NCBI GenBank assembly: GCA_012295275.1
Contig: CM022674.1
Location: forward strand, 15,686,001-15,750,000
DNA length: 64,000 nt
DNA from: Chrysomallon squamiferum
Taxonomy: Eukaryota > Animalia > Mollusca
Direction: 5' to 3'
The translations under genes were made by a program, and so were the position numbers. Shown piece by piece: positions 1 to 13,923 of the stretch. The stretch's first letter is position 1; each line of letters opens with the position of its first letter. Under the pieces are notes generated by a model. The model was given only the letters and a program-made list of their open reading frames with translations, was not told where the DNA came from and made no database searches.

Positions 1-2824
1 TTATACTCTCATATTTATACATACAAACATTAATGTTCAAATATGTACCCTTATTGAATTATATTAATAAACTACTAGAACACATTAACAACAGAAAATC
101 TTAAATGGTTTTATATCAGTCTACACCTTTGCTAATGGGAGATAACTCTGCCAAGAAAAAACACATAATATTGTCTACCATAGTTCTTAAAAGGCATTAT
201 GGGTAAAGTATAAAAATATATTTTCTTTATTTAATTTTCTAATTATTTATTTATTTATTTATTATCATTATCAGTACTTTATATAAATAATCATTATATG
301 TATAATATTTTTATATTAAATCTCTCATTTTTGCATTAAAATATTCACATAAAGATTCACCAATACCAAGTTAAAAGTTTATTTTCCTTTTGAAATAAAA
401 TCTTGGTCTTCTACATCCATGTTTTTCTCACAGAAATGGGAACAGACTGATACAAATTCAATAATTTCTATTTATTGTTCAGTTACTGGCTCTTGTTCAT
501 AACAATAATGTCTGCCATTTTTGTTACAAGGAATTGTGGGTAAAACTCACAGCAGCAGTCTTCCTTTGTACAGTTCTGTCTTAGTGGCTGTATCATTTTT
601 GTCAATCCAAAATCAGCAACCTGAAATTTTATAAAAATTAAAATTTATTTATAATTCACCAAATTTGTCTTTAAGAATCTGAAGCATAGCCTACAAGAAC
701 CTTGTTTGAAACAAATCTCTTAAGAAAATAATAATAAATTTTATTTTTAAAAAAAAAAATAATTCTGCTGACACTGTCAGAACAGTCAGAGATTGTGTTC
801 ATGATAACCATGAATTAAAAAACTCTTTTAGAGCAGAAAAACAAAATATTAATTATTCCTGGTGCTAGACATAAATTTTTAATGTTCTGCAGACGTACAA
901 TTTTGAGTCGATGCGGCCATATTAGCTTGAAGTCTCTCATTTTAAGAAGATCTTTTATGCAGCTGCCATTCACAAATTCAGTGATGATACACGGATGTCT
1001 GCGATCAATGCACAGTCCCAGCACCTCAACGATGTTTTTATGACGTTGGCGACTAAAAGAGAAAACAAATCTAAGTTAATTGTATGAAGCAAGGGAAAGA
1101 ATCTTTTGAAAGTGAATATTAATTCCTTTCATATGGAAGTTATTATGTAGTTGTACTCTCTCTCTCTCGCTCTCTCTCTCTCTGTCCCTTTTTTTTTTCT
1201 CTCACCTGATAAACCAAACTTCTTTCTTCATCAGCTCTATGATGTCATCAGTCACCTGGTTGTCATGGATATTAATTGTTAATCGTTTCAGTGCCACAGT
1301 CATGTCGTGCCATTCTGCTACATGAGTGTCTCCAAAACTGCTACCTCCGAGTCTGAATCATGACACATATGACATCATAAAGATATGTGTGACATCATAA
1401 AGATATGTTTTTCATTCTTAAGGAATGTACTATGTAAAATACCTCACATGATTTCAAGTTGAAAATGGTGCAAAAGCTGATCAAAATTTGATTGAGAGAA
1501 AATCTTTACTAATCCACAACTTTAATCAAAAAATGTTTCCTTAAATATCTAATTAATAAATATAAATAAAATATATATATGTATGTAAAAAAATAATTAA
1601 AAGGAAAAGAAATAAAAATACGAATCCTATATGTGCATTTGTAAATTCGCCATGGCAGTCAGCTCACCTCTGTCTCATTTTAATCGTGTCAATAGACATA
1701 ACAGCATTCTCTAAAACAGGCAGCTGACTTTTCTTGGACACTTTCCATCCTGGTTCATAATCCCGGTACCTAACAGACATCAGTGATGGGGCTGTTAGGC
1801 GTCTGTCATAAATGTCATCATTGGGGGAATGGTGTGAAAACCCTCTCATTTTTCCAGTAACTGAAACAGCAAATATGTGACTTCTTAAACACTTTATACA
1901 TATATATATATAATGATGTCGCAACTATAGAAAAATGTTGGTGATCGCGTATTTTTAAATTGCATTCTATTTTTTAATCTACTTTATTATTAATTAAGAT
2001 TGGAAGCTACAAAACCAAAATTAAAGGTAAAACTCAGAACTATACAGATAACATACAGAGTAGTTCTTCGTATCACCTAAGGTACATTTGTTAAACGTTA
2101 TTATTAATAAAGATTGGAAGCCAAAAATAATTACAAAATGTAACTCAGAAGAATACAGACTCTATTTAGAACAGTTCTTTATGTCACTAAATGAATATTT
2201 TAAATGCATTAATTAATTACTGATTACATGGCAGTCTCATTAGTATATTTAAAAAAATAATAATAATAATAATTTGCTGCTACAGTCATGCTTGTTATCT
2301 GACAAACTCTAAATTTATATTATAAAACGTCTAACCTAAAATTTCAGAATATATTGTATGTTTTACATTTCTAACAACAGATATCTCTGCAACAATTGAT
2401 ATAAATTTCAAAAACAAATTTTGTACAATCATATTTCTACTTACATTTTTTTATTCTTCACATCACATAATTTACACATTTTAAAATACAAAGCTCAATA
2501 TCTTCCATTATTTTTACTTTGAAGAAAGCAGAAAAATTCCTAACAGACTGAGGATATGGAAAATTGTCTAGTTATTTCCTGATCAGTTATATAGGTTAAG
2601 TATGTAAAGTAAAATATAAAAATGCATAAATCACTGATAACATTCAAGCATCAACTTATATGTGGGTTCTTACATTTCTGTGAATCAAACAATGCTAGAT
2701 ATCAGTTCAAGGCTAATGCTTCTCCAAGGCCTAAGTATTTACAAAGGTGGGCAACTTAAATTACAAACAGAGCATAAAAATAAACAACCTGAACTAAACA
2801 ATATATATCAGGTGTCCATGGTGA

Positions 2825-2857
<33 letters not shown>

Positions 2858-3124
2858 TGCTACTACTACCACTACTACTGTAGCAACAGCAGTAGTAGAA
2901 ACAGTATAGTAGTAAGAATAGCAGTAATACTGTTAATACTGATAGTAGTTGTTGTTGCTCTTGTTGCAGCTGTAAAAGCATGAATACTGCAGCAGCAACA
3001 TTAATTGTAGTAGTATTACCATTATTATTAGTAGTAGTAGTAGCAGTAGTAATGTAGTAGTAGTAGTAATAGAAGTGGTAGTATATTTATTATGATTATT
3101 AATATTACTATTATTTTTTTTCTT

Positions 3125-3181
<57 letters not shown>

Positions 3182-5099
3182 GATTATTATTATTACTATT
3201 ATTATTATTATACATTTACCTGAATTATTGACAGTCAAACAGCCATTTGGACAACAGCACAGGTGATGAAGTTCTGCTGTCTATAAACAAATAAACAAAT
3301 ATATTTGAAAAATGCATCCAGTAAAATAATAAATTAAAAATATAATGAATACAGCAACAAAGCATGAAGAAATAGACAGAAAATTATTATATTTTTAACA
3401 AAGCTTGCATCTGAAGCAAAAAAAAAAATGGAGAAAAAGAAAAAATGTCTTTTAGTTTATACTACCTAATGAATGCACATTTTTAAAATCCCATATTTTG
3501 AAATTACTAACCTTACAAAGACTGCCAAAAATGTCCTGTTTTTACTAACCTTACAAAGACTGCCAAAATTTACAATTATTATTTTTGATGTTTAATATTA
3601 ACACTGCACCTATTTTTAAAATACTTTATATGAACTTCCCAAATTTTACATTTAAAATTACATACCACATTTCCAACACCAGAATCTTCAATAATTTTAA
3701 ACAAACCATCATCAGGTTCTTTTCTCGTTGCATCACAAATTAACTTAATTATTGTTTTCCTTTGTTGCACTGATCTAAAAAAAAAAAGAAAAACATTATT
3801 TAAATAAATATATAAATAAATTAAATGTTATCAGTCATTTTTGTTTAAATGTTACTTTTGATGGTTGTGTGTGTGTGTATGTGTGAGTGTCACCAATGTT
3901 TATAAATATTAAATTTTGTAAATTATATACCCTGAAAATAAAAGTATGTTGTTATGCTTATAAATATAAGACCAGTATCTATCAGATGGAATAAAACTGT
4001 GTTTTATATATATTTATAAATCAAACATGTACACATTAAAAATTCATTCTTATTATTTAAAAATGTTATGTGCAAGTATTTATATACATTAAAAGCAAAT
4101 TATTTTTATTTACAAATATTAAATTAGCATATATAGCAATCTGAAAGACCATAAATTCAAATATTCACAAATATAAGATCATTTTTACCTGTATATTCAG
4201 TAACAGTAAATTATAATAATTAATTTATGAATATAGTGAATAAATGTTTCTTAATTCAAATACAACTGAAACATTATTTTATTTAGAAATATGAGATTTA
4301 CATCTACATATATCAAGCAAAAACATATTTCAATATCTGTTATAATGAAATATGTACAGATCTGTATGCAACAAAAATAATTAATTCTGATTATAAATAC
4401 TGAATTGTTTATAAAATTCATAATTTTATTTTTGTTTTTAATATTATGAACAGAAAATGTGTCTGTACCTGTATTCAGTAAAAACAAATACTTTTTTCAT
4501 TGTACATAATAATGAAATTTGTACATGCTTATAAATCTAATGAAAATAAATTCAAATATTTATCTACATGCAATCTGCATGTACCTATCAGCATTAAGAA
4601 CAAATTTGTTTATTTAAAAATTTCAGCTTTTTGCTACCTGTAATCTTCAAAACAAATACATTTAGATATATAAATTAAAATTTTAACAAACTTTCAATAA
4701 AACCATTCTCTTTTATTCTTATTCTTCTTCTTATTATTATTGTTTTTATTATTATTGTTATTATTATTATTACTAAAGTAGCAGTAATAGCATGATTATT
4801 ATTTCTTATTTTTTGTTATCATGATCATCATCATTACTGATCTTATTATAATTTCTAAATGTAACTGTACATACATGAATAAAAACAAATTCTTATATGC
4901 ATAAAACCTAAAATAAAATTGAAGAAACGTTGCTGTATATTTCCAATTACTAAATACAAATAATGATCCACTGATAAATATGAAGTGTGTAAGTACTTGT
5001 CTCCAGTAAAGACCAGTGCTGAGTTGGTGTGGTTGTTCCTGATATCTCAGATGACTCGGAACTTGGCGTAGTTCTGCAAATCAAGAGTAAAATATTGTT
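1..5099 (-). repeat. Left arm of a large inverted segmental duplication (partner ~44703-59692)
   Basis: Reverse complement of 1-30 matches 59663-59692 and of 5091-5099 matches 44703-44711. Exons and introns align throughout; paired ORFs 1664-1924/56511-56696, 3579-3770/46121-46312 and 4251-4487/45357-45596. Confidence 0.95.
551..5073 (-). pseudogene. Receptor-like TKL kinase gene, left (inverted) copy, partial. Exons 4997-5073, 3666-3774, 3220-3280, 1668-1860, 1206-1352, 899-1052, 551-620; continues off the window edge
   Basis: GT-AG exons splice in frame to ...RLGGSSFGDTHVAEWHDMTVALKR...KEVWFISRQRHKNIVEVLGLC...IITEFVNGSC...VADFGLTK. Lacks the TM exon and the HRD exon present in the right copy. 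Possible TGA at 5047-5049 in one of two feasible frames. The 5' part is lost in the N gap. Confidence 0.8.
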
Positions 5100-5299
5100 N
5101 NNNNNNNNNNNNNNNNNNNNNNNNNNNNNNNNNNNNNNNNNNNNNNNNNNNNNNNNNNNNNNNNNNNNNNNNNNNNNNNNNNNNNNNNNNNNNNNNNNNN
5201 NNNNNNNNNNNNNNNNNNNNNNNNNNNNNNNNNNNNNNNNNNNNNNNNNNNNNNNNNNNNNNNNNNNNNNNNNNNNNNNNNNNNNNNNNNNNNNNNNNN
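5100..5299. other. Assembly gap (200 N)
   Basis: Run of N. Confidence 1.
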
Positions 5300-6229
5300 T
5301 GATCAGACCAGTCAAAGTAAATTGTAATTATTATCTCTTAAACTGCGGGTAGAATAGTGAGACATCTGATCATCATGCTAAGTAGTAGGTTATTTTCATT
5401 TACTTGCATATTCAAATACATCTTAGGGTTTGGTATTTTACATTGAGCGATAAACATATTTAATATCCCCCCGTATGTTTACTTATGTGGTGAGAGTAAT
5501 TTTGTTTCATGAAACTAATAACTATTATTAGATCATACAATACATACATTCTTTAAATCTAAACTGGTGTTGTGTTTCTAATGATTTAACATTGGCTAAA
5601 TATAAATTTATATATGCCCTTGTTCCCTTAATACCGTCACTGCCGAGCCAAAGCGGGTAGCTATCTACCTGATACAGGGAGGTCTGTATGTATAGTTAGT
5701 GGTAATCTGGGGGATCAGTGTTACGGCTGTTTCGGGATTCTAATTTGGTTACGTGACGACTGTGTTAATTACGGTCGCATGCGACTGCATTAGACGCCCC
5801 GTAACAGTGTTACATACCAGCGAATCTGGTAACTCTACTAATGTACAAGTAAATTGTGGAATGATTTAACAAAAAACCCAGACATAGTTTATTATGTTAA
5901 TTTCCTCCAACAAGGTAATAAGTAAATTATTCATGTATATTCTTACATTTTCCTGCATTTTTCACATGGACATATTTCTGTTCTTTGTATGTTTTAGTTT
6001 ATAGTATCTAGGGTTGGTCTATCTTAAATGTAATGTTTGGTTTGTGTCAGTATGTGCGAATGCTGAGGCGAAACAGTAGCACAGAAAATATCGCGGTCGT
6101 CCACCGAATTTTGACAGTGTTCAAGGTAAAGTTTTGGACGTTTAAAGTATTATTCACGCAACGAATGTATTGAAAATTATGTATGTTCTGACATTTTTTC
6201 ATTGTTCAGGTCAATGCATTTTCTAATCA

Positions 6230-6885
6230 GGAAGTCTCTAAACATCGTGAAGGCAAGTAACAGCAGTGAACAGTACCTGGGTTTGAATGAAATCACTAAA
6301 CATATGAAAACAAATAACAATAGTGAACAGCACCTGGGTTTAAGTGACGTCCCTAAAACGATTAAGGCCAGAAACAACAGTGAACAGTACCTGGGTTTGA
6401 GTGAATTCACTAAACACATCATGATAACAAGTAACTATAGTCAACAGTACCTGGGTTTGAGTGAAATCACTAAACATATCATGATAACAAGGAACTATAG
6501 TCAACAGTACCTGGGTTTAAGTGAAGTCACTAAAGCTATGAAGGCCAGTAACAACAGTGAACAGTACCTGGGTTTAAGTGAAGTCACTAAAGCTATGAAG
6601 GCCAGTAACAACAGTGAACAGTACGTGGGTATGAGTGAAGTCAGCAAAATATCACGAAGGCAAGTAACAACAGTGAACAGTACGTGGGTATGAGTGAAGT
6701 CAGCAAACATATCATGAAGGCAAGTAACAACAGTGAACAGTACATGGGTTTGAGTGAAGTCACTAAACATATCATGAAGGCAAGTAACAACAGTGAACAG
6801 TACGTGGGTTTGAGTGAAGTCAGCAAACATATCATGAAAGCAAATTTATACAAAACTGAAGAGAACCTGGTTTGACCGAAGTCTT
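6230..6885 (+). repeat. ~60-bp minisatellite (~11 units) readable as a 20-aa repeat KASNNSEQYLGLSEVTKHIM
   Basis: Unit aaggcaagtaacaacagtgaacagtacctgggtttgagtgaagtcactaaacatatcatg. ORFs 6202-6693 and 6684-6875 are joined by a frameshift near 6650. Splice-acceptor-like ttgttcag at 6209. Confidence 0.9.
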
Positions 6886-8832
6886 AGTAGTATCAGACTG
6901 TAGAAATGTTAGACAACAAAGAAACGAACCAAATAACATTACATGACATGAAAACTGCTAGAACTTGATGGACCATCATACAGGCTTAATTCGTCTGTTG
7001 CACAAAAGAACGGAAAATGGATTCTTGTTTTTGTGTGAAGTTGATAGTTTGGAAATTAAGAATTGTGAAATGAAACCTGTAAATGACATAAACGTAACAG
7101 ATTTACAAACATGCAGATCATTGTTATCATTTGACGACAAGAGTATAATAAACAGTGTATCATTAAAGATATTACGTTTTAGTATGAAAAAATTGAGTGA
7201 GAGACAAAGAGAACACTTCATTGATTACCATCCAATAGCGATGCAAACATTGGTATATTTTGTTAGCACTCACATTGACTGTATAACTGTCATAAACCAC
7301 ATTCTTCTACATGATAGCTGCCTGAATTGCAGCCTCATCAATGTATTCAGGTCTGTTAAAAAAAAAAAAAAAACATCTGAGAAATCAACATATTCATATA
7401 GTAGATTGTGATTGGTTTGGTCAGAAGATTTTAGTTAATGGTGACAGAGATCAACCAGACGGACTTTTGTTAATTACTCTGAAATGCCAGACAGATTGAT
7501 AGAAGTAACTGTGGGGTACATGTTTGTGCTATAGCAAAAGCTATTTTAACTAATAAGTGTATTCCTAAAAATCCAAACTTTTTGTTATACAGAGAAGAAA
7601 CTGTTAAAAAAATACATGAAAAAAAAAAAAAAAAAAAAAAAAAAAGTCAGTTCCATGATGCTATTTATAGACTTCAGTTTTAGTTCTGTTTTCAAAGTCT
7701 GGTAATAAAACTCAGCTGCCTGAAATAAAGATAATATTTCAATTTCAAAATAAAATTACTAAAACAGGTAGTCACAGAATAATAAGAAAAACAAGTAGAA
7801 AAAAAACAACATTCTGGCTTTTTCCTAAGACACTATATATTTTGTTAAATTTCCTAACTTACTACAATCAACCATGAACCATTCTGCAAGGATGAAGCTA
7901 AAAAATTCTTATCACTGGACTAATATTAAATTATTGAAAAAAGGTTCAGTGTGTTTAGCTGCTGTTTTACTTATTTAAAAAAGATCACTTCCTTTCCTGA
8001 CAAAGTGTGAAGACTTTCACTAAAATAAAATGTATAAAATCCCCAGAAAAAAAAATATGAGCGAAATATTCAAAGAAAGAAAACACACACATGCGTATGC
8101 TCTCAAGAAACGCACACACACGCAAACATTCACATTTCAACAGTGCTATTATGATTAATCCACATATTTCATCTAACAGGTTCTTAGAACAAACCTCTGC
8201 ATTAACTTTTATTCAGAATTAATTATAGAGATGTAAAATTACTACACTGTCTGTTTAATCAATCTTCTAACATGCTTACACTGTTTTGTTAAAATATCTA
8301 AATAAAACTTGACTGAATAAACCATTAAAAGGTGGTCATATCTTTAGTCTAGAAAGCGTTTTTTTCTTTGCACAGTCAGTGCATGACATCACAATAAAGG
8401 CGATAATATTCGTAAAGAACATAATTATATTTCTGATATCATAATTTATTATTAACAAAGGTCAGTGATTTCATTTTTTAAATTAAATAATCATTTGGTT
8501 CCACAAAAAATGTGCTTAAACTATATTTTTACAACAGTATAATACCAGCTTAAAATATTTATTGTCAGCAAAGTGTGGTTTCTCTTAACAAATTAAAACA
8601 ATATCTCGAAATTACATTAAGCATATTTATGTACTTTGTTGTTATCATCAAAAAAATAAATTTGAAAACCTAATATCCAGTTCCTGCTTCTAAGAAGATT
8701 ACTTTGTAGTATTGTTTTTCAGTAACCAGGTTTTTACTTTTTTACTGCTCCACATTTTAACTGAGAAAACATCAATGGTGGTCAGAACGGGTGACAGAGG
8801 TGGCTCACAAACATGCTTTTTCTTCCGTAATC

Positions 8833-8878
<46 letters not shown>

Positions 8879-9131
8879 GTGATAATAATAGTAATAATGA
8901 TAAGATTAATATCTATAATAACAACATCAATAACAATAATAATAACAATAATAATCCTAGAATTCCTATATCAGATTTAATTTAAAAATTGGGGTTTTTT
9001 TTTCTGGTATGTTGAAATCTCTCTATACATAAATCACCATACATTTAAAAAGAAATTCCAAAACAATTTAACGTAAAAGTCTTTCTTATTCTTGGATGAT
9101 ATATGGCAGAACAAAAATGTAAAGAATATAT

Positions 9132-9164
<33 letters not shown>

Positions 9165-10357
9165 AGTTGCCAGAATTTAATGGACAAATATAAATATTGA
9201 AATTATATGTTAAACTATTTTGTTGTTTTATACTTTCAGTTGACATTACCTTAGCTTACCCATTCCTTCATCTGCCAGAGTTTGAAATTATAGAGATGGT
9301 TGACAGCAGGGCCTCAAGATACATTTTGAAACGCTATACAAGACCCCTTTTAGGCCTCGAGACATAACAGATATAACACAATGAAACAAGCATACGCAGA
9401 TCAAAGTACCGACTGGACCACACCCTCATAGGCCCTGGCTGGCAACAACGTGATTGTGACCAAACAGAAGTACCAGGATTTCAGATGCTGTATACACAAA
9501 ATATGATATCTATCTCCAGTAGATGCAGTACTGCTCTTTTTATCAAAAAGTAATCTTGCAAATATATAAAAAGTTATAATGTCTGAATGAACTTGTAGTT
9601 ACGTCAGCAAAATATGAAATCATTTGATTAACCGGTTGGTTTTAATACCACGTTTCTGACGATCACTGTGTAATTCATAACACAGACAATGGAAGTATTG
9701 AACAATTTGATGACACCTACACTTTAGAACTACATAATATTTCTCTTAAAAGAAAAAGTATGGACACCAAGAAAAAGAAGATAATTATGGCAATATACTT
9801 TGCAATTTGTGTAAATATACTAGTTTACATATTCTAAACAGCTATGTTGGAGAATACAGAAATTTAGGTACATTTACCTGTAAAAACTCTAGTTTTGTGG
9901 ATTACTGTAAAATCTAAACAGAACGTAAATATGTTAATGAAAAATATATTGATTTACAAATTTTTGAGAAACCAGAAAGTGGGACAATAGTAAAACAAGA
10001 TGATTTCTGTAATAATATTTATATTAATACAGTGCATGAACTAAACTATCAGTTAAATAATAACGAGTTTAATAATATAGATGTCATATTTAATAATGAA
10101 TTATTTGATAAACTCACTAATTTGTTTGTTTATCCCAAAGATAAGAAAGCCCTACAGGAGATTGATCATAACTTATTCTGCCAGCACTTGCTCCACTGAT
10201 TACTCCATTTAAAAAAAAAAAAAAATACTGACCTACACAGAATAGGAAACAATTGTTAATTTTTTTCTATTTTACACCTTTCCCACCTTAAAATGTTTGC
10301 CATTATTCGCAATGCAAAAACATTTAATACTAATTTAAATTATAGAATACATTGTGT

Positions 10358-10478
<121 letters not shown>

Positions 10479-11446
10479 GTAGTAACCGAGCCAAAAGTAC
10501 CCGAGTTTGAGCGAAGTCAGAGAAAAAGAACAGAGGCTGGTAGGATATGAGAATTACTATACTGACCACAACCTGTCCTTCATGATGTCTGATACTGCAT
10601 CAGCTGTTACATTCAAGTGATAGGGCACATACTGCTCTGTCTCACTGACAGGATCAGAACTAAATGTTAACAAAACTTATTCTCATTAATGTGGAGATAT
10701 TTAGGGGAATTTAATACCTGAGTTTCGGCTATAACAGTGGGAAAATCTATGTTGTTTGGATGATCACCAGACTGGATATTTCAAGATATTCCTGCGGATA
10801 ATTTATTATGATATAATCTTTACGAACAAATGAATATACTTAAACACTGTACATAACAACGTTAGCTAACAAACTACATGAAATGTGAAATAATTATTTG
10901 ATGTGGTTAACATACATATATTTATGTTGTCTACTAATAAACCAACCAAATAACAGTTATTGCAGTGGGTATTAATAACAATTATCACCTTTGTTTTCGT
11001 TCCTGGTATTATAATTTATTGTTGATGTCCCTTTTATTATTATTATTATTATTATTATATAGTATTATTATACAATATTATCTTTAGTTACCTAAATATC
11101 TTTATGACAGTATTATTTTTTTTTTATCACAGTGGATTAAAGTAGGCCAAATTAAGAAGTAACTAAACAGATTTCGGGGAATATAAACGAAGCAAACGAC
11201 CAATATAATTCTTGCGATCAACGTCAGGGTAACATATTTTGACAGCTACTAGGCTTGCACAGCGCGCGCACCTGAGCACACGATCGATAGCTTTTCCTCG
11301 CATCCACAAAGCATGGCCGCTTTTAAATGAAACAGGTAATTGTTAATACTGTATTTTAAAATTCAAAAGAAACAGTTTCTATTTCTACAAAAACAGTTTT
11401 TCAAAGTTGGATCTAGTGCTTTGAATCTTGTTAAGAGTCAATTTAG

Positions 11447-11813
11447 ACCACCTAAGTTGTCAAGTTCGTACTCTTAGGGATTTGGTTTCTGGCAACTCTA
11501 GCAGGGATCTTACCATCTATAGAAGCCGCCAACGGCAGCTTTGGCAAGTGTGGACCATTGCAGATTCCTTCCGTACAAACTGGGTGACGGGTTTGCAGTG
11601 TTTTTTGTTATTCTCACGTGTTTCGCTCTGTTTATCTGTTTCATATGCACCCTGGATACCATGCTGTTGCCGTCGACGTCGTCGGTGGCAAACAACGGAG
11701 TGAATCAGACGGCACATTTGAAATACAACGAACAGACGTTTTCCTAAGATCGTTGTCGATTGTTAATGTGTGTGTTTACCATCTGTGCTTGCAGCAACCA
11801 TCTTCCGTACATT
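11447..11813 (+). pseudogene. Class A GPCR fragment (TM4-ECL2-TM5-ICL3-TM6)
   Basis: VVKFVLLGIWFLATLAGILPSI (TM4-like W and LP), frameshift near 11550, DHCRFLPYKLG, GFAVFFVILTCFALFICFICT (TM5-like), TAA at 11745-11747, CRLLMCVFTICACSNHLPYI then a gtaagt donor at 11814. Confidence 0.5.
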
Positions 11814-12019
11814 GTAAGTAGTTTTATTATTCTATTTAAATTTTGTCTTCAATAACTCCAGCTTTGAAATGTTAACATCTGTGTTAAATTAGAAAATAAA
11901 TTATATTTATAAATATGTCCATGTATTTACATATTATTTATGTTTGTAACTGTATATATGCATGTATGTATTTTATGATTTGAATATTTTCTGTCTTATG
12001 TACATCTGATTAGACTCTG

Positions 12020-12174
12020 CACATAGACAATATTCGGTTACGCACTGGCTCAGGAAACAAAGTCCGGTCACGACCTCACAAACTCCGTCAGATGCCGCTG
12101 AGGAAACTTGAACGTATGACACCCATTCGCCCGTACTCGGAAGGCGCATGATGTTACCGTTCCGCTATCGAGAC
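12020..12174 (-). mobile_element. Possible tRNA-derived SINE 5' fragment
   Basis: The minus strand has a Pol III A-box TAGCGGAACGG (12157-12167) and a B-box-like GTTCAAGTT about 45 nt downstream. GC-rich island in AT-rich DNA; no cloverleaf could be built. Confidence 0.35.
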
Positions 12175-12794
12175 AACAACAAAAACACACACACACAAAC
12201 AAAATGATTGTTCACGTATCCCAGTATGTATGCATGTTTCCATGCATGTATGTATGGATGGATGGATATGTTTGCATCTCTTTCTAAATGAATGGTTATA
12301 CATATTATGTGTATGTTGATGGTGAATATTATATTAGTTTATTGTTATCATTATCATCATCACCATCGTCATCGGTAATATCATCGAGCTAAAAGTAGAC
12401 AACAACAACAACAACATCAATACTACTACTACTACTACTACTACTAATAATAATAATAATAATACAAATAATAATACAAACAACAACAACAACGACGACG
12501 ACAACACTATATGTTAAAAGCCTACAGTAATTACATATAAATATTTCACTTTTTCATGTTATGACTACTTTCTATGTTGTGACGTCATTGTAACATATCT
12601 GCGCTATCTCAGTACACAGCCACGCGTACGCGCAGCTGTCGTTATGTAGATGAGCAGTGGAGTGTGTTTACTGAACATATTTAGTTTATTGTCATACAAG
12701 TAACTGAACACTTAGAAATAACAAAATAATCAGAATAAATTAGTATTTTAACAAACACATTTGTGATAAATATGTAGAGAGAAAGAGAGAAACT

Positions 12795-13867
12795 GTATTA
12801 GATCCACTCTATCTACAACATAAACATGGAGACCAAGCAATTGACTTCAGAGTAAGTGAATATTAATTAATTAATCTATATTGATTTTTCATCGTTATTT
12901 ATGCTGAGATAGTTTAACGAAATCGTATGATCATTTCACTACCTGGGTTGTTTTCCGTTAAAGCCAGCCGGAAAAGAATCCATATCTATATCTATATATC
13001 TATACCTGATGTTTACTTAGGGTCTTAAGTTCAATATAGTCATCAGACAATTAATTGATTAATAATTTGTTCATTTATCAGCACTGGGGAATACCTTTAA
13101 GCAGGCGGTTTCGATCTCTGAAACTTTGGTTCGTTTTACGAACCTACGGCGTTGAAGGGCTTCAGCATTGTATAAGGGAGGTAAGTCTCACAGTCATATT
13201 TGGTGACATAGCAGAGTTCTCGTTCTTGACGAAACGAATCGCGTAAGTAACATGAACATTATCAAATAGTAATGATGAACCAAAAATAATAACACAGTAA
13301 TAAGAAAAATTATGATTAATGAAACAAATTAACTTATAAATCGGGTAAATTATATTATATTTGTCTTTAAATCTTTAATAATATCAAAACTGAGTTTAGG
13401 AAAAATAATTCACAACTTGGATAGTTTTTCCTTTTTATATTTTTCATAACTTTCTTGTTCGTCATTTGGTGTTTTAAATTGTGTAGTACTACATCAAATG
13501 GGACATGTGGGCTCCATTTCAATAAAATATGTAATTAATTAATTCTGGCCGAACACATATGATTTATATTTAAATATGTACAAGTGAATGTTGTGTATAT
13601 TAAGTACTGACAAGTAATATAAAGTAGTTTCAGTTATTTCCATTTATTTATCCGTATTTTTATCTGTATTATTATTACTTTTCTGAAGCCTTGTTTAAAA
13701 TATTAATACTCTGTGTTAAAAATTCATTGACTATCTTCACAATATCAATACTAATCATGAAAAGCTCCAGGTCTGGCTGACAGGCTAGGTCAAAATTAAA
13801 TGTAAATGAGGCAGTATTGATTTTTCATTTTATTATTATTATTATTAACAAAACAATCTCTGTCGTA

Positions 13868-13923
<56 letters not shown>

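Noticed and set aside
4251-4487. ORF conserved between both arms of the inverted duplication (partner 45357-45596)
   Set aside because: It is AT-rich intronic sequence, and its conservation is explained by recent duplication rather than coding constraint
11248-11282. Possible Helitron 3' end on the minus strand (GC-rich hairpin then CTAG); also the palindrome cgcgtacgcg at ~12623
   Set aside because: The stem is imperfect, the spacing to CTAG is atypical, and there is no matching 5' TC end or Rep/Hel sequence
12020-12174. tRNA gene
   Set aside because: An A-box is present but there is no acceptor stem or cloverleaf; kept only as a low-confidence SINE head
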